Source of the DNA: a virus
Taxonomy: Duplodnaviria; Caudoviricetes
Length of the DNA: 55,699 nt
Virus record (IMG/VR): IMGVR_UViG_3300045303_000132
Span: 1-55,699 of that record
Reading direction: 5' to 3' (one strand)
A program made the translations under genes and the position numbers. Positions 1-7,691 of this stretch are shown in pieces. How positions within the stretch are numbered: position 1 is the stretch's first letter; the number at the start of each line of letters is the position of its first letter. The notes under the pieces were generated by a model. It was not told where the DNA came from. It was given only the letters and a program-made list of their open reading frames with translations, and did not search any database.

Positions 1-30
1 CGCTGTTATCCCCACCCACACACCCCCGGG
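1..30. repeat. Terminal direct overlap (assembly circularisation), copy 1
   Basis: cgctgttatccccacccacacacccccggg at 1..30 is identical to 55670..55699. Confidence 0.95.
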
Positions 31-64
31 TTTGTACCACCCGTACCGTCCGTACCCCCCAAAC
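26..64. repeat. 39-bp perfect inverted repeat arm (partner 55506..55544) across the circular junction
   Basis: ccgggtttgtaccacccgtaccgtccgtaccccccaaac is the exact reverse complement of 55506..55544. Confidence 0.93.
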
Positions 65-213
65 CGACTCATGGGTGGTACGTCAGATTCGCCTAGCACG
101 CGGCGCCCGACCGACTCCCCTAGAAGAGCACCGACCGGCCCGAAGAGCCGGACCACCCCCAACTCGCAGAAAACAAAACGACTCAAGCCCTTTCTTTTGA
201 CCGCCCTGGCTGC

Positions 214-247
214 TAGGCTAGCCGTAGGCAGCCCACAAGGGGTCGCC
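214..247 (+). promoter_or_regulatory. Phage promoter/leader repeat copy 1 (TAGGCT -10-like plus 5' hairpin)
   Basis: taggctagccgtaggcagcccacaaggggtcgcc, then RBS and ATG 271; TAGGCT fits the actinobacterial TANNNT -10. Confidence 0.75.
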
Positions 248-270
248 TCTCACCAGAAAGTAGGTCCGTC

Positions 271-690
271 ATGGCAACCGCCACGGCTCGCAAGACCAGC
301 ACCAAGAGCAAGGCCGCCCGCTTCAACCCCGACACCCTGCCCCAGACGGGCACGGGTCAGCTCCGCCAGGGCGGCGACTACAAGCCGTCCATCCGGGCGC
401 TGGGCACCTTCGCCAAGGGCGACCCCAAGAACGCCGCCCACGTCAAGGCCCTGATCCACCTGGGCTGGGTGAAGCCCGGTGGCGTCAACGCCGCGAGCAA
501 GAGCCCGGCGTTCTCCACCGCCAACGAGGCGGGCCTCCCCGCCGAGTGCTGGACCGTGGACGCCCCGGCTGGCCCGCAGATCAGCGCCAACCTGCTCGCG
601 CTGGCGGAGGCGGGCGCGCCCGCGGAGGCCCTGGACAGCCTGTGGAGCGCCTACCTCGGCTCCGGCAAGGCCGAGGCGGACGTGCTCTAG
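271..690 (+). CDS. Early hypothetical protein; normally coded paralog of 53105..53521
   Basis: High-GC codon usage, follows the promoter repeat; shares LPxTGT, ALxHLGW and PQxxAxLxALAxAGAPAxAL..W..Y.G with the 53105 protein. Confidence 0.85.
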   Translation: MATATARKTSTKSKAARFNPDTLPQTGTGQLRQGGDYKPSIRALGTFAKGDPKNAAHVKALIHLGWVKPGGVNAASKSPAFSTANEAGLPAECWTVDAPAGPQISANLLALAEAGAPAEALDSLWSAYLGSGKAEADVL

Positions 691-697
691 AAGCACC

Positions 698-731
698 GGG
701 CTCGCCCTCGCTGGGGGGTGAGGGCGAGCCC
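698..731 (+). terminator. GC-rich hairpin, probable intrinsic terminator
   Basis: gggctcgccctc ... gagggcgagccc 12-bp stem just after stop 690; no U tract. Confidence 0.55.
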
Positions 732-790
732 ACCCGCTCCGTGGTCGCGTAGGCGACGCCGACGTCATGGTCGGGCGGGGCACTCCGGCA

Positions 791-809
791 AGGGATCAGC
801 CCTCGCCAC
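791..809 (+). promoter_or_regulatory. Leader-hairpin repeat without TAGGCT (copy A)
   Basis: agggatcagccctcgccac before RBS gaaagg; 18/19 identical to 1558..1576. Confidence 0.55.
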
Positions 810-827
810 CACGAAAGGTACGACAGC

Positions 828-1112
828 ATGCAGATCAAGTTCTCCACCGGCGAGTGGGCCATGATCGAGGCCCTGGACGGGCTGCGCCGCGACGCGAACG
901 CCCTGGACGGCGGACACGCCCAGCAGGACAAGACCTACGGCGCGATTTCTGACGCTTTGGAGGTCGCCGTCACCACCGCGATCACCGACGCCGAGCCCAT
1001 GTTCTGGACCGAGGCCCGCGCAATCGCCAAGCGGCTCTGCTACGAGGCCGTGAACAACGGCGAGAACATCTCGTACCAGGTCGCCCTGTGGAACGGAGGG
1101 TTCTTCTCATGA
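828..1112 (+). CDS. Hypothetical protein
   Basis: RBS gaaagg, typical codon usage, ATGA overlap with next gene. Confidence 0.8.
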   Translation: MQIKFSTGEWAMIEALDGLRRDANALDGGHAQQDKTYGAISDALEVAVTTAITDAEPMFWTEARAIAKRLCYEAVNNGENISYQVALWNGGFFS

Positions 1113-1501
1113 CCACGTACGACGAGTGGGTCGCGGAGATGCACCGGCTCTGCGGGGCGAGCGTGACCCTCGGGGGCAGCGACCCGTACGGCGCGGAGTG
1201 CGAACTGGAGACAGGGCACCGCGGACCTCACGTCAGCGCCAACCCGTTCGGCGGGGACGGCACCTACGAGTGGACCGGCGGAGGGTACTGCGCCGGAGAC
1301 CCGCTCCCCGTCCACAACGCTCGCTTCAACGACCGGCCCTGCGACCGGGAGTTCGGCCCCCACGAGCACGACGACGCCGAGTGCGCCCGCATTCTGCACG
1401 ACATGAGCGGCGGGGACGACGGGTCGTGGCTGGCCGATGCCCTGAACCGCGAGGCCGAGGAGAGCAGCCTGGGCCGTCCCCTGTTCCCCAACGAGTACTA
1501 A
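1109..1501 (+). CDS. Hypothetical Cys/His-containing protein
   Basis: ATGA coupling; C..GH.GPH and other C/H clusters. Confidence 0.75.
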   Translation: MTTYDEWVAEMHRLCGASVTLGGSDPYGAECELETGHRGPHVSANPFGGDGTYEWTGGGYCAGDPLPVHNARFNDRPCDREFGPHEHDDAECARILHDMSGGDDGSWLADALNREAEESSLGRPLFPNEY

Positions 1502-1557
1502 GCACGACCGCCCGACAGGCAGGCTCTCCGGTTCAAGCCCGGAGCGGGCACGAGGCG

Positions 1558-1576
1558 AGGGAACAGCCCTCGCCAC
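1558..1576 (+). promoter_or_regulatory. Leader-hairpin repeat without TAGGCT (copy B)
   Basis: agggaacagccctcgccac before RBS aaggag. Confidence 0.55.
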
Positions 1577-1593
1577 AACCGAAGGAGAACAAG

Positions 1594-1902
1594 ATGCTGC
1601 ACGCTCACATGACCGGAAGCAGCCGCGACTGCGACGGGGACTACTCCCGCGGTCACGTCTACGAGATGACCACCCAGGAGAAGGACGACCAGTTCGGCGA
1701 GCACCACTTCAAGCGGCGGGTGATCGGCAACACGATCTCCATCTACGGGACCGGCACTCTCGAGGTCTCGCCGGACGGGATCCACTGGCACGAGGACACG
1801 GACGAGGGATACCGCGCCGCAGACGTCCGCTGGTGCGAGGACGAGTGCCCCACCGAGCGGACGTGGCAGCGGGATCACCGCGCCGAGAGCATGGGCTACT
1901 AG
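1594..1902 (+). CDS. Hypothetical protein
   Basis: RBS gaaggag, ATG 1594 (MLHAHMTG...). Confidence 0.8.
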   Translation: MLHAHMTGSSRDCDGDYSRGHVYEMTTQEKDDQFGEHHFKRRVIGNTISIYGTGTLEVSPDGIHWHEDTDEGYRAADVRWCEDECPTERTWQRDHRAESMGY

Positions 1903-1921
1903 GGATGGACACCCCGCGTGC

Positions 1922-1955
1922 TAGGCTAGCCATAGGCAGCCCAGGAAGGGTCGCC
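1922..1955 (+). promoter_or_regulatory. Promoter/leader repeat copy 2
   Basis: taggctagccataggcagcccaggaagggtcgcc. Confidence 0.75.
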
Positions 1956-1975
1956 ACGACAAGAAGGAGAACGAC

Positions 1976-2245
1976 ATGAACGACAACGAATGGTCAGTGG
2001 ACCTGCCGAACTGGCACGGTCAGCCCGACCCGGAGATCGCCGGGTCCACCGTCTGGGTTCTCACGGACTACGACGGCAAGCCGATCCTTGCCATCGCCGC
2101 CGTGATCGGCGACCCGACCCAGGTCTCGGTGGTGGAGAACCCCATGATCCTCCCGGGAGAGATTGACGGGTGCGAACTCGGCACCTTCCCGGACTGGGAC
2201 ACGGCGCTGGACTTCGCCCTCGCGCACGAGGAGGGGACGGAATGA
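1976..2245 (+). CDS. Hypothetical acidic protein
   Basis: RBS aaggag downstream of the repeat. Confidence 0.8.
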   Translation: MNDNEWSVDLPNWHGQPDPEIAGSTVWVLTDYDGKPILAIAAVIGDPTQVSVVENPMILPGEIDGCELGTFPDWDTALDFALAHEEGTE

Positions 2246-2556
2246 AGATTGCAATCGCAGGGGCCGTAATCGTCGCGGTCGCCGCCGTCGGGGCCGTGAC
2301 CACCGACGCCCACGCGAGCACACCCGACCCCCTGTTCCCTCGGGGCCTGCCGTACGCGCCGACGGACAGCGAGTGCTACACGTACCGATGCGTCTGGGAC
2401 GCGAAGCATCAGGGGAACGGGCAGGGACTGTCCCTGATCCTCACCCGATACCACGGGGACTACATCCCCAAGGAGATCACCCACCGACGCGCCCACCGGC
2501 TCCAGGCTCTGTACTGCGCCCGCCCGACCGTGACCTGTGGAGGCTACGATGACTGA
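2242..2556 (+). CDS. Putative secreted or membrane-anchored protein
   Basis: Signal-peptide-like MKIAIAGAVIVAVAAVGAVTTDAHA; ATGA overlap. Confidence 0.75.
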   Translation: MKIAIAGAVIVAVAAVGAVTTDAHASTPDPLFPRGLPYAPTDSECYTYRCVWDAKHQGNGQGLSLILTRYHGDYIPKEITHRRAHRLQALYCARPTVTCGGYDD

Positions 2557-2800
2557 GGAGCCGAAGGGAGCGCAGCCGCCGCGCAGCCTCCACCACCGGA
2601 TCTACCCGTACATGGACGAGATGGTGCAGTACGCGACGGAGACGGCGGACGAGGTCTCCGACCCGGACGCCCGCCCTTGGATTGTCCGGGACCGGAGCAC
2701 CGCCCTGCGGAACGAGCGACAGGGTCGGGGGCGGGCGCTGGTCCGCGTGTGGATCCCCACGTCCTGGGAGTACGTCAACGTCGAGGAGGAGGACAAGTGA
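2549..2800 (+). CDS. Hypothetical protein
   Basis: RBS ggagg; coupled to neighbours. Confidence 0.7.
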   Translation: MTEEPKGAQPPRSLHHRIYPYMDEMVQYATETADEVSDPDARPWIVRDRSTALRNERQGRGRALVRVWIPTSWEYVNVEEEDK

Positions 2801-2901
2801 GGTACGGCTGGTGGAAGTCGCCCGACTTCTGGAACCTTGTCATCCCAGCGATCCTGATCGGAGGTGTCGCCTTCTTCCTGTTCTGGGCGTGGTTTCTGTA
2901 G
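2797..2901 (+). CDS. Small single-TM membrane protein (34 aa)
   Basis: GTGA overlap, RBS ggagga; MRYGWWKSPDFWNLVIPAILIGGVAFFLFWAWFL. Confidence 0.65.
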   Translation: MRYGWWKSPDFWNLVIPAILIGGVAFFLFWAWFL

Positions 2902-2934
2902 ATCCCACCCCTACTCTGCGGACTGGCCGCCTGC

Positions 2935-2975
2935 TAGGCTAGCCGTAGGCAACGCGGGGGGAGGTCCCTCGCTAC
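2935..2975 (+). promoter_or_regulatory. Promoter/leader repeat copy 3 (variant B leader)
   Basis: taggctagccgtaggcaacgcggggggaggtccctcgctac. Confidence 0.75.
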
Positions 2976-2994
2976 CAGAGAGAAAGGCAAGAAC

Positions 2995-3105
2995 ATGATT
3001 GCGAAGTGTGTTCAGTGCAAGAAGCAGCGTCCCGTCTTCCACGGCATTCGGGACTTCCGTCTCTGCCGGGCGTGCTGGCTCGTGTGGCGCGGGACGGTGG
3101 GCTGA
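2995..3105 (+). CDS. Micro zinc-ribbon protein (36 aa)
   Basis: RBS gaaagg; MIAKCVQCKK...LCRACW has two CxxC; below the ORF-track cut-off. Confidence 0.6.
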   Translation: MIAKCVQCKKQRPVFHGIRDFRLCRACWLVWRGTVG

Positions 3106-3108
3106 CCC

Positions 3109-3279
3109 ATGAACCAGACCTGCGAAATCCACACCACCGTGGACGACACCGACGCGGGGGGTCCGTACGACTTCACCCCCTGCACGAACGAGGCCACCAC
3201 CACGATCGAGTGGGTGACCCCGGGAGGCAGGACCCTCACCCTCGGGGTGTGCGCCTTCCACGCGACAGGAGAACTGTGA
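3109..3279 (+). CDS. Small hypothetical protein (56 aa)
   Basis: MNQTCEIHTT...VCAFHATGEL; stop overlaps next ATG. Confidence 0.6.
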   Translation: MNQTCEIHTTVDDTDAGGPYDFTPCTNEATTTIEWVTPGGRTLTLGVCAFHATGEL

Positions 3280-3467
3280 TGTACTGCGAGGACTACCCGA
3301 GCTGCGGACACACCCCGCAGGACCCGTGCGAGCGACAGCCGTACGACGAGCCGGGATACTACGACACCAGCATCCCGGGCCAAGAGCACCGCCTCTGCGA
3401 CCACGAGAACGGAGAGTGCGACGTGTGGTACGACGAGGAGGACGAAGAGGAGGAGGAGGACAAGTGA
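3279..3467 (+). CDS. Small Cys/His-rich acidic protein
   Basis: MYCEDYPSCGH...CDHENGEC..EEDEEEEEDK; TGATG coupling. Confidence 0.7.
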   Translation: MYCEDYPSCGHTPQDPCERQPYDEPGYYDTSIPGQEHRLCDHENGECDVWYDEEDEEEEEDK

Positions 3468-3694
3468 TCATCCACTTCTTCAAGGCGAAGCGGCTGCACG
3501 CGACCACCGCCAAGCCGCTTCGCTCGGTGGAGTTCTTCACGTTCGCCGAGCGGGACGACCACATCAATCTGTGGTTCGAGGAAGCCCGATCGAGGATCGG
3601 CTACTCGGTCTCGCGTGCCGATCTCACAGCGGCGTTGGAGTACGCCGAGAAGCACCGCGTGAGTGAGCAGGCGGGGGACGACGATGACGAATGA
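3464..3694 (+). CDS. Hypothetical protein
   Basis: GTGA overlap, RBS ggagga. Confidence 0.7.
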   Translation: MIIHFFKAKRLHATTAKPLRSVEFFTFAERDDHINLWFEEARSRIGYSVSRADLTAALEYAEKHRVSEQAGDDDDE

Positions 3695-3947
3695 CTTCCG
3701 GAAGTGCGAGGGCAGCGGGGGGATGCAGATGCTCGACTGGTTCCCGGACAAGGACTACGCCGGGGCGGTGGTCTGCATCCACTGCTCCTTCGGCGTGATG
3801 ATCGTGAAGAACAGCGATCACAACGCGGTCTCCCAGTCTGGTGTTGACGGCCGAGCGGGCAAGGTCCGCGTCCACTACGTCACTCGGGGCACCCGCACCG
3901 AGGAGCCGCGCATGAAGTACGCCACGACGAAGGGAGTACCGTCATGA
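3684..3947 (+). CDS. Hypothetical Zn-binding protein
   Basis: CEGSG...CIHC motifs. Confidence 0.7.
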   Translation: MTNDFRKCEGSGGMQMLDWFPDKDYAGAVVCIHCSFGVMIVKNSDHNAVSQSGVDGRAGKVRVHYVTRGTRTEEPRMKYATTKGVPS

Positions 3948-4294
3948 GTGACTACGGATACACGGATCGCTTCCTCGACATCACCGCGCCGATGGGGCAG
4001 GTGGAGATCGAGGTCAAGGACGACGGCTCGGTGGTCTGGGTCCACACGGACGGGCGCACGGTCCTGCGGCTCTGCCGCATCACCGACAGGGTGATCCTCA
4101 ACGACCACCGGCCCGACGAGCGGCTGATCGAGGATGCCTGCAAGGTGATGCACGACGCCTACGAGAAGGCCGCGCTCGGGGCCGGGTGGGAGACGAACCC
4201 CGCCAGCCGGAAGCCGTGGGCCGACGTGCCCGAGGCGAACAAGGAGACCATGCGCGCAGCGGTGATCGCCCTGCTGGGGTGGCTCGATGAGTGA
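3944..4294 (+). CDS. Hypothetical protein
   Basis: ATGA overlap; C-terminal MHDAYE..PWADVPEANK motif recurrent in phage proteins. Confidence 0.75.
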   Translation: MSDYGYTDRFLDITAPMGQVEIEVKDDGSVVWVHTDGRTVLRLCRITDRVILNDHRPDERLIEDACKVMHDAYEKAALGAGWETNPASRKPWADVPEANKETMRAAVIALLGWLDE

Positions 4295-4379
4295 CGAGCG
4301 GTGGGTGCGAGCCGGGTTCATCGCATGGTACGTCGCCGTCCTGGTCCTCATCCTCATCGGGTGTCAGCGATGGGCATAG
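4287..4379 (+). CDS. Small single-TM protein (30 aa)
   Basis: MSDERWVRAGFIAWYVAVLVLILIGCQRWA fills the gap between coupled genes. Confidence 0.5.
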   Translation: MSDERWVRAGFIAWYVAVLVLILIGCQRWA

Positions 4380-4528
4380 ACTACGAGGAGTTGGCCGCAA
4401 GCGTCGAGGCCATGCGGGAGATCTACCGGGCGATGGTCGCCGCCCTCGTGGCCGACGGCTTCACCGACGAGCAGGCCCGCGCCCTCATCGTCGCGATCAC
4501 CACGAACCAGGGAGGCGACGATGAGTGA
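4370..4528 (+). CDS. Hypothetical protein
   Basis: MGIDYEELAAS...LVADGFTDEQA. Confidence 0.7.
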   Translation: MGIDYEELAASVEAMREIYRAMVAALVADGFTDEQARALIVAITTNQGGDDE

Positions 4529-4721
4529 CGAGGTAGTCGACGAGGCCACCCTGCTTCTCCTTCGCATCAGCGACGAGGGCTTGCTCCGGACCTTCGCGGC
4601 CCTGACCCACCGACTGCACGCTGCCGATCGCCTACGAGGCCCCCAGAGCGAGTTGCTGGCTCTCCGAGTGCGATCACAGCGCGACCGCGTGCAGGTCGAG
4701 ATCCTCAGGAGGATGCAGTGA
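4521..4721 (+). CDS. Hypothetical protein
   Basis: RBS ggagg, coupled. Confidence 0.65.
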   Translation: MSDEVVDEATLLLLRISDEGLLRTFAALTHRLHAADRLRGPQSELLALRVRSQRDRVQVEILRRMQ

Positions 4722-4999
4722 CCGAACTCCACGACTCACACCGCTGGGGTGAGAAAGACTACGAGGGTGACCGGCTGGCGTACTGCGTCAACTGTCTGGT
4801 GGAGGGCTACGAGGATGAGCCCGCCGCCTTCGCTCCCTGCCCCGGACCACCGAGCAAGCCCACCGCCAAGCCGACGACCTTGTGCTGGCGGACCTACGAG
4901 TCTCAGTACCTCCCGGGCCACACCCATCTCTGCGAACTCGCGCCGCACGAGGGAGACCACATCTGCGACGACTGCGGGCGGAGGTTCGGCAAGCGATGA
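4718..4999 (+). CDS. Hypothetical Cys/His-rich protein
   Basis: CVNC, HLC..PHEGDH.CDDC; GTGA overlap. Confidence 0.7.
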   Translation: MTELHDSHRWGEKDYEGDRLAYCVNCLVEGYEDEPAAFAPCPGPPSKPTAKPTTLCWRTYESQYLPGHTHLCELAPHEGDHICDDCGRRFGKR

Positions 5000-5268
5000 G
5001 AGAGAATCATGTAGAGAAGACCCTGCGACTCCGGGTCAAAGACCGCGGAGGCTGGGCCATCAAACTCCTGCCCTCCGTGTCCGGCCTGCCTGATCGAATG
5101 GTCCTCCTCCCCGGAGGGCGGATCTACTTCGTGGAACTGAAGTCGCCGACGGGCACCGTCCAGCCTCACCAGACGGTGATTCACACTCGGCTGCGGACTC
5201 TCGGGTTTTCCGTAGAGGTCCTGAAGGATCCTCAAGCCGTGGAAGCCTGGGTCAACAGCCTCCCCTGA
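4996..5268 (+). CDS. VRR-NUC domain nuclease (PD-(D/E)XK; resolvase-like)
   Basis: SGLPDRMVLLPGGRIYFVELKSPTG..Q motif. Confidence 0.88.
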   Translation: MRENHVEKTLRLRVKDRGGWAIKLLPSVSGLPDRMVLLPGGRIYFVELKSPTGTVQPHQTVIHTRLRTLGFSVEVLKDPQAVEAWVNSLP

Positions 5269-5460
5269 CCCGCGTACAGCCCCTCTCAGACTCGCACACC
5301 CACGGGTGGCAGTAAGGCCCCACCCCGCCTCCCGCGACGCCCCACGCCGCCTCTCCGAGTCGCTGGCGGCGCACCCTGCCTTCACCCGCGTACGCGCACG
5401 CGGGGGGCGAGGCCCGCCAACAAAACGAGTCCGGCCCTGGGGCGCGACACGCCCGGCTGC

Positions 5461-5494
5461 TAGGCTAGCCGTAGGCAGCCCATCAGGGGTCGCC
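5461..5494 (+). promoter_or_regulatory. Promoter/leader repeat copy 4
   Basis: taggctagccgtaggcagcccatcaggggtcgcc. Confidence 0.75.
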
Positions 5495-5514
5495 ATCACA
5501 GGAAGGTCTTAGCC

Positions 5515-5736
5515 ATGGATCAGTACGAAGGTGCAGAAGTCTACCCCCCGAAGTCCTGGGTGGATCAGTGCAGGGCGCTCGTGCCGAACGAGCAGGTGTG
5601 GGTGCTCTTGGCCGGGTGGTCCTGGCTGGAGGCGTGGGACACCGGCGTCGCCCCGGCGCTGGCCGTCCGGTGCGCTCTGCTCGACGTTCTGGCCCCCGAG
5701 GTCGGCGCGAACTACGTGATCGACCCGCGAGCCTGA
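5515..5736 (+). CDS. Hypothetical protein
   Basis: RBS ggaagg after the repeat. Confidence 0.7.
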   Translation: MDQYEGAEVYPPKSWVDQCRALVPNEQVWVLLAGWSWLEAWDTGVAPALAVRCALLDVLAPEVGANYVIDPRA

Positions 5737-5737
5737 G

Positions 5738-5914
5738 ATGGATCTCTGCAAGCGCCTCATCCTCATTGCGATCGAGGACAACACCTCGCCGGATCGGGTG
5801 ACGTGCGGCCACCCCGTCGGTCACTCCGGGTGGCACCTCGGCACGTTGACCGACGGACGCCAGTACGAATGGACCCTTCCGCGTGGGGAAGCCGCACTCG
5901 GTCGTTTCGTCTAG
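5738..5914 (+). CDS. Small Cys/His protein (58 aa)
   Basis: MDLCKRLI...TCGHPVGHSGWH; C..GH.G.H motif as in 1109..1501. Confidence 0.6.
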   Translation: MDLCKRLILIAIEDNTSPDRVTCGHPVGHSGWHLGTLTDGRQYEWTLPRGEAALGRFV

Positions 5915-5961
5915 CCCACAACTGATGGAGCCTACGGCTAGCCCGGCGATGCCCCGCCTGC

Positions 5962-6003
5962 TAGGCTAGCCACAAGGCAACGCGGGGGGAGGTCCCTCGC
6001 TAC
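5962..6003 (+). promoter_or_regulatory. Promoter/leader repeat copy 5 (variant B)
   Basis: taggctagccacaaggcaacgcggggggaggtccctcgctac. Confidence 0.75.
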
Positions 6004-6022
6004 TGAAGAGAAAGGCACCATC

Positions 6023-6169
6023 GTGTTCACACTCCGCTACCGCGCCGACGCACCAATCCAGCCTCGGCCGCACGCACCCACCATCGCCAAGTTCACCACT
6101 CACGCCGAAGCCGCGGCTCACCTCGACGACCAGCCGAACGCCGAGTTCTTGGAGGTGGTGGAGCGATGA
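6023..6169 (+). CDS. Small hypothetical protein (48 aa)
   Basis: RBS gaaagg, GTG start, ATGA overlap with 6166. Confidence 0.6.
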   Translation: MFTLRYRADAPIQPRPHAPTIAKFTTHAEAAAHLDDQPNAEFLEVVER

Positions 6170-6462
6170 CCACCACGAACCCGTGGTTCGACACCCTGCC
6201 CGGTCCGCGTATCGAGCAGATGATCGAGAAGCACGGCGCTGCCCTGAAGGAGCGCTACTACACCAACGACGTGTACTTCGCCCTCTGGCTGCACGCCCTC
6301 AACCGCGCAGTCCAGCGGCGGGTGCTCGTGTCGTTCGACGACCTCGAGGACTGGAACTACCGGGACAACTACGACGCGGGCATGATGCCCGTGGACGCCG
6401 CGAAGGAGATGCTCGCGGACAACGGGTGGGACAGCGCCTACGACGTGGGCGTGATCGGATGA
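6166..6462 (+). CDS. Hypothetical protein
   Basis: Coupled, typical codon usage. Confidence 0.8.
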   Translation: MTTTNPWFDTLPGPRIEQMIEKHGAALKERYYTNDVYFALWLHALNRAVQRRVLVSFDDLEDWNYRDNYDAGMMPVDAAKEMLADNGWDSAYDVGVIG

Positions 6463-6704
6463 CCACCTGTCAGCACGAGGCCGGGATGGTGCCGAACGAC
6501 GCGGCGGGCACGTGGGAGTGCGAGTTGGGCTGCGGCCACTCGGTCCCCCCGAAGGAGAAGCAGTACCTCGTCTGCATCAACTGCGGCGAGGCGTTCGACA
6601 GCATCACCGCCGCGCACGAGCACGGCGTCTTCATCCCCGGACCGGACCCGTCCTGGTGCGGCGAGGACGGGTTCAACATCCTACCAGAGAGTGAGGCATT
6701 CTGA
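6459..6704 (+). CDS. Zn-binding hypothetical protein
   Basis: CQH..CELGCGH, CINC..H..C. Confidence 0.7.
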   Translation: MTTCQHEAGMVPNDAAGTWECELGCGHSVPPKEKQYLVCINCGEAFDSITAAHEHGVFIPGPDPSWCGEDGFNILPESEAF

Positions 6705-6847
6705 TGTTCAAGGAAGACCTGGAGTACTACGTCGGGCGCAAGGTGTCCGACGTGGAGTTGGCGGAGGCCGACGAGTGGCAGATGGACCACCCCGGCGTTG
6801 ACCTCTCGGAGTACGTGTCCGCGATGCGCGAGATCGGAGCGTTGTGA
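6704..6847 (+). CDS. Small acidic protein (47 aa)
   Basis: TGATG coupling on both sides; MFKEDLEYYVGRK... Confidence 0.65.
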   Translation: MFKEDLEYYVGRKVSDVELAEADEWQMDHPGVDLSEYVSAMREIGAL

Positions 6848-7038
6848 TGGACGAGACCACCGAGTGGACCACCAAGGAGATGCAGGAGGAGTTCGAGGTC
6901 ATGGGCTTCGCCGCTGGCTTCTGCGTGGTCAAGCGCAAGAGCGACGGGGTGGTGGGGTCGCTGACCTTCCACGCCACGTACGACGACGAGGGCCACCTCG
7001 GCCAGCGTATCTACACCGGATGGACGGAGGACAAGTGA
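6847..7038 (+). CDS. Hypothetical protein
   Basis: WTT.E.QEEFEV.GF.A.F.VV.RKSDG..GSL.F.H conserved-looking motif. Confidence 0.75.
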   Translation: MDETTEWTTKEMQEEFEVMGFAAGFCVVKRKSDGVVGSLTFHATYDDEGHLGQRIYTGWTEDK

Positions 7039-7178
7039 AGAAGCGAGTGACCTGCGACTGGTGCGGGTATCCCTTCGTCATCGGCACCGTCGACGCCGAC
7101 GGCGTGCTGATCGGCGACCCGTGCCCGAAGTGCGGGTACTACGTGACGAGATACCTACCGGGACAGGAGCCGAAGTGA
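7035..7178 (+). CDS. Zinc-ribbon protein
   Basis: CDWC...CPKC; GTGA overlap. Confidence 0.65.
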   Translation: MKKRVTCDWCGYPFVIGTVDADGVLIGDPCPKCGYYVTRYLPGQEPK

Positions 7179-7489
7179 GCGCGTTCGACCACCTCACCCT
7201 GGAGGAGAAGCAGGCCCTCGAGCGGGAGTTCGAGGACAAGAGCACCACGCGGGAGCGCAGGATCGAACTGCTCACGCTGCTGCAAGAGGGGGCGAACGAG
7301 GCCAAGATGGGACGGCCCTGCCCCCGCTGCAAGAACTACCTGTTCTACGCACCGCACGACGAGGCGCTCATCGAGGGCCACGTCTACAGCCGCGACGGGT
7401 TGGCAGAGATCCGGATCACCGGGTACTGCGAGTGGTGTTTCGATCTCATCACCCAGGAGCACGACGAAGAGGAGAACGACAGTGAGTAG
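7175..7489 (+). CDS. Zn-finger-containing hypothetical protein
   Basis: CPRC...SRDGLAE..ITGYCEWCFD. Confidence 0.7.
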   Translation: MSAFDHLTLEEKQALEREFEDKSTTRERRIELLTLLQEGANEAKMGRPCPRCKNYLFYAPHDEALIEGHVYSRDGLAEIRITGYCEWCFDLITQEHDEEENDSE

Positions 7490-7691
7490 CGGCAGCGTGC
7501 GATACCCGGACGTCGCGGTCCAGTTGACCGGCGAGGACGGGAACGCCTACGCGATCATGGGCGCGGTGGAAGCCGCACTCCGGCGGGCCGGTGTGTCGGC
7601 CGAGGAGATCGCGAAGTACAGGGAGGAGAGCATGTCGGGTGACTACGACAATCTCCTCGTCACGGCGATGCGCTGGGTGGACGTGTCGTGA
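7482..7691 (+). CDS. Conserved small phage protein
   Basis: VQLTGEDGNAYAIMGAV..ALRRAG...SGDYDNLL motif seen in many phages. Confidence 0.8.
   Translation: MSSGSVRYPDVAVQLTGEDGNAYAIMGAVEAALRRAGVSAEEIAKYREESMSGDYDNLLVTAMRWVDVS

Noticed and set aside
1-30. 30-nt terminal repeat as a biological direct terminal repeat
   Set aside because: More simply explained as assembler overlap of a circular contig; real termini cannot be determined from this sequence
32-454. ORF 32..454 and similar Pro/Arg-rich ORFs over 53085..55688
   Set aside because: They are translations of repeats and promoter elements, lack an RBS and overlap better-supported genes
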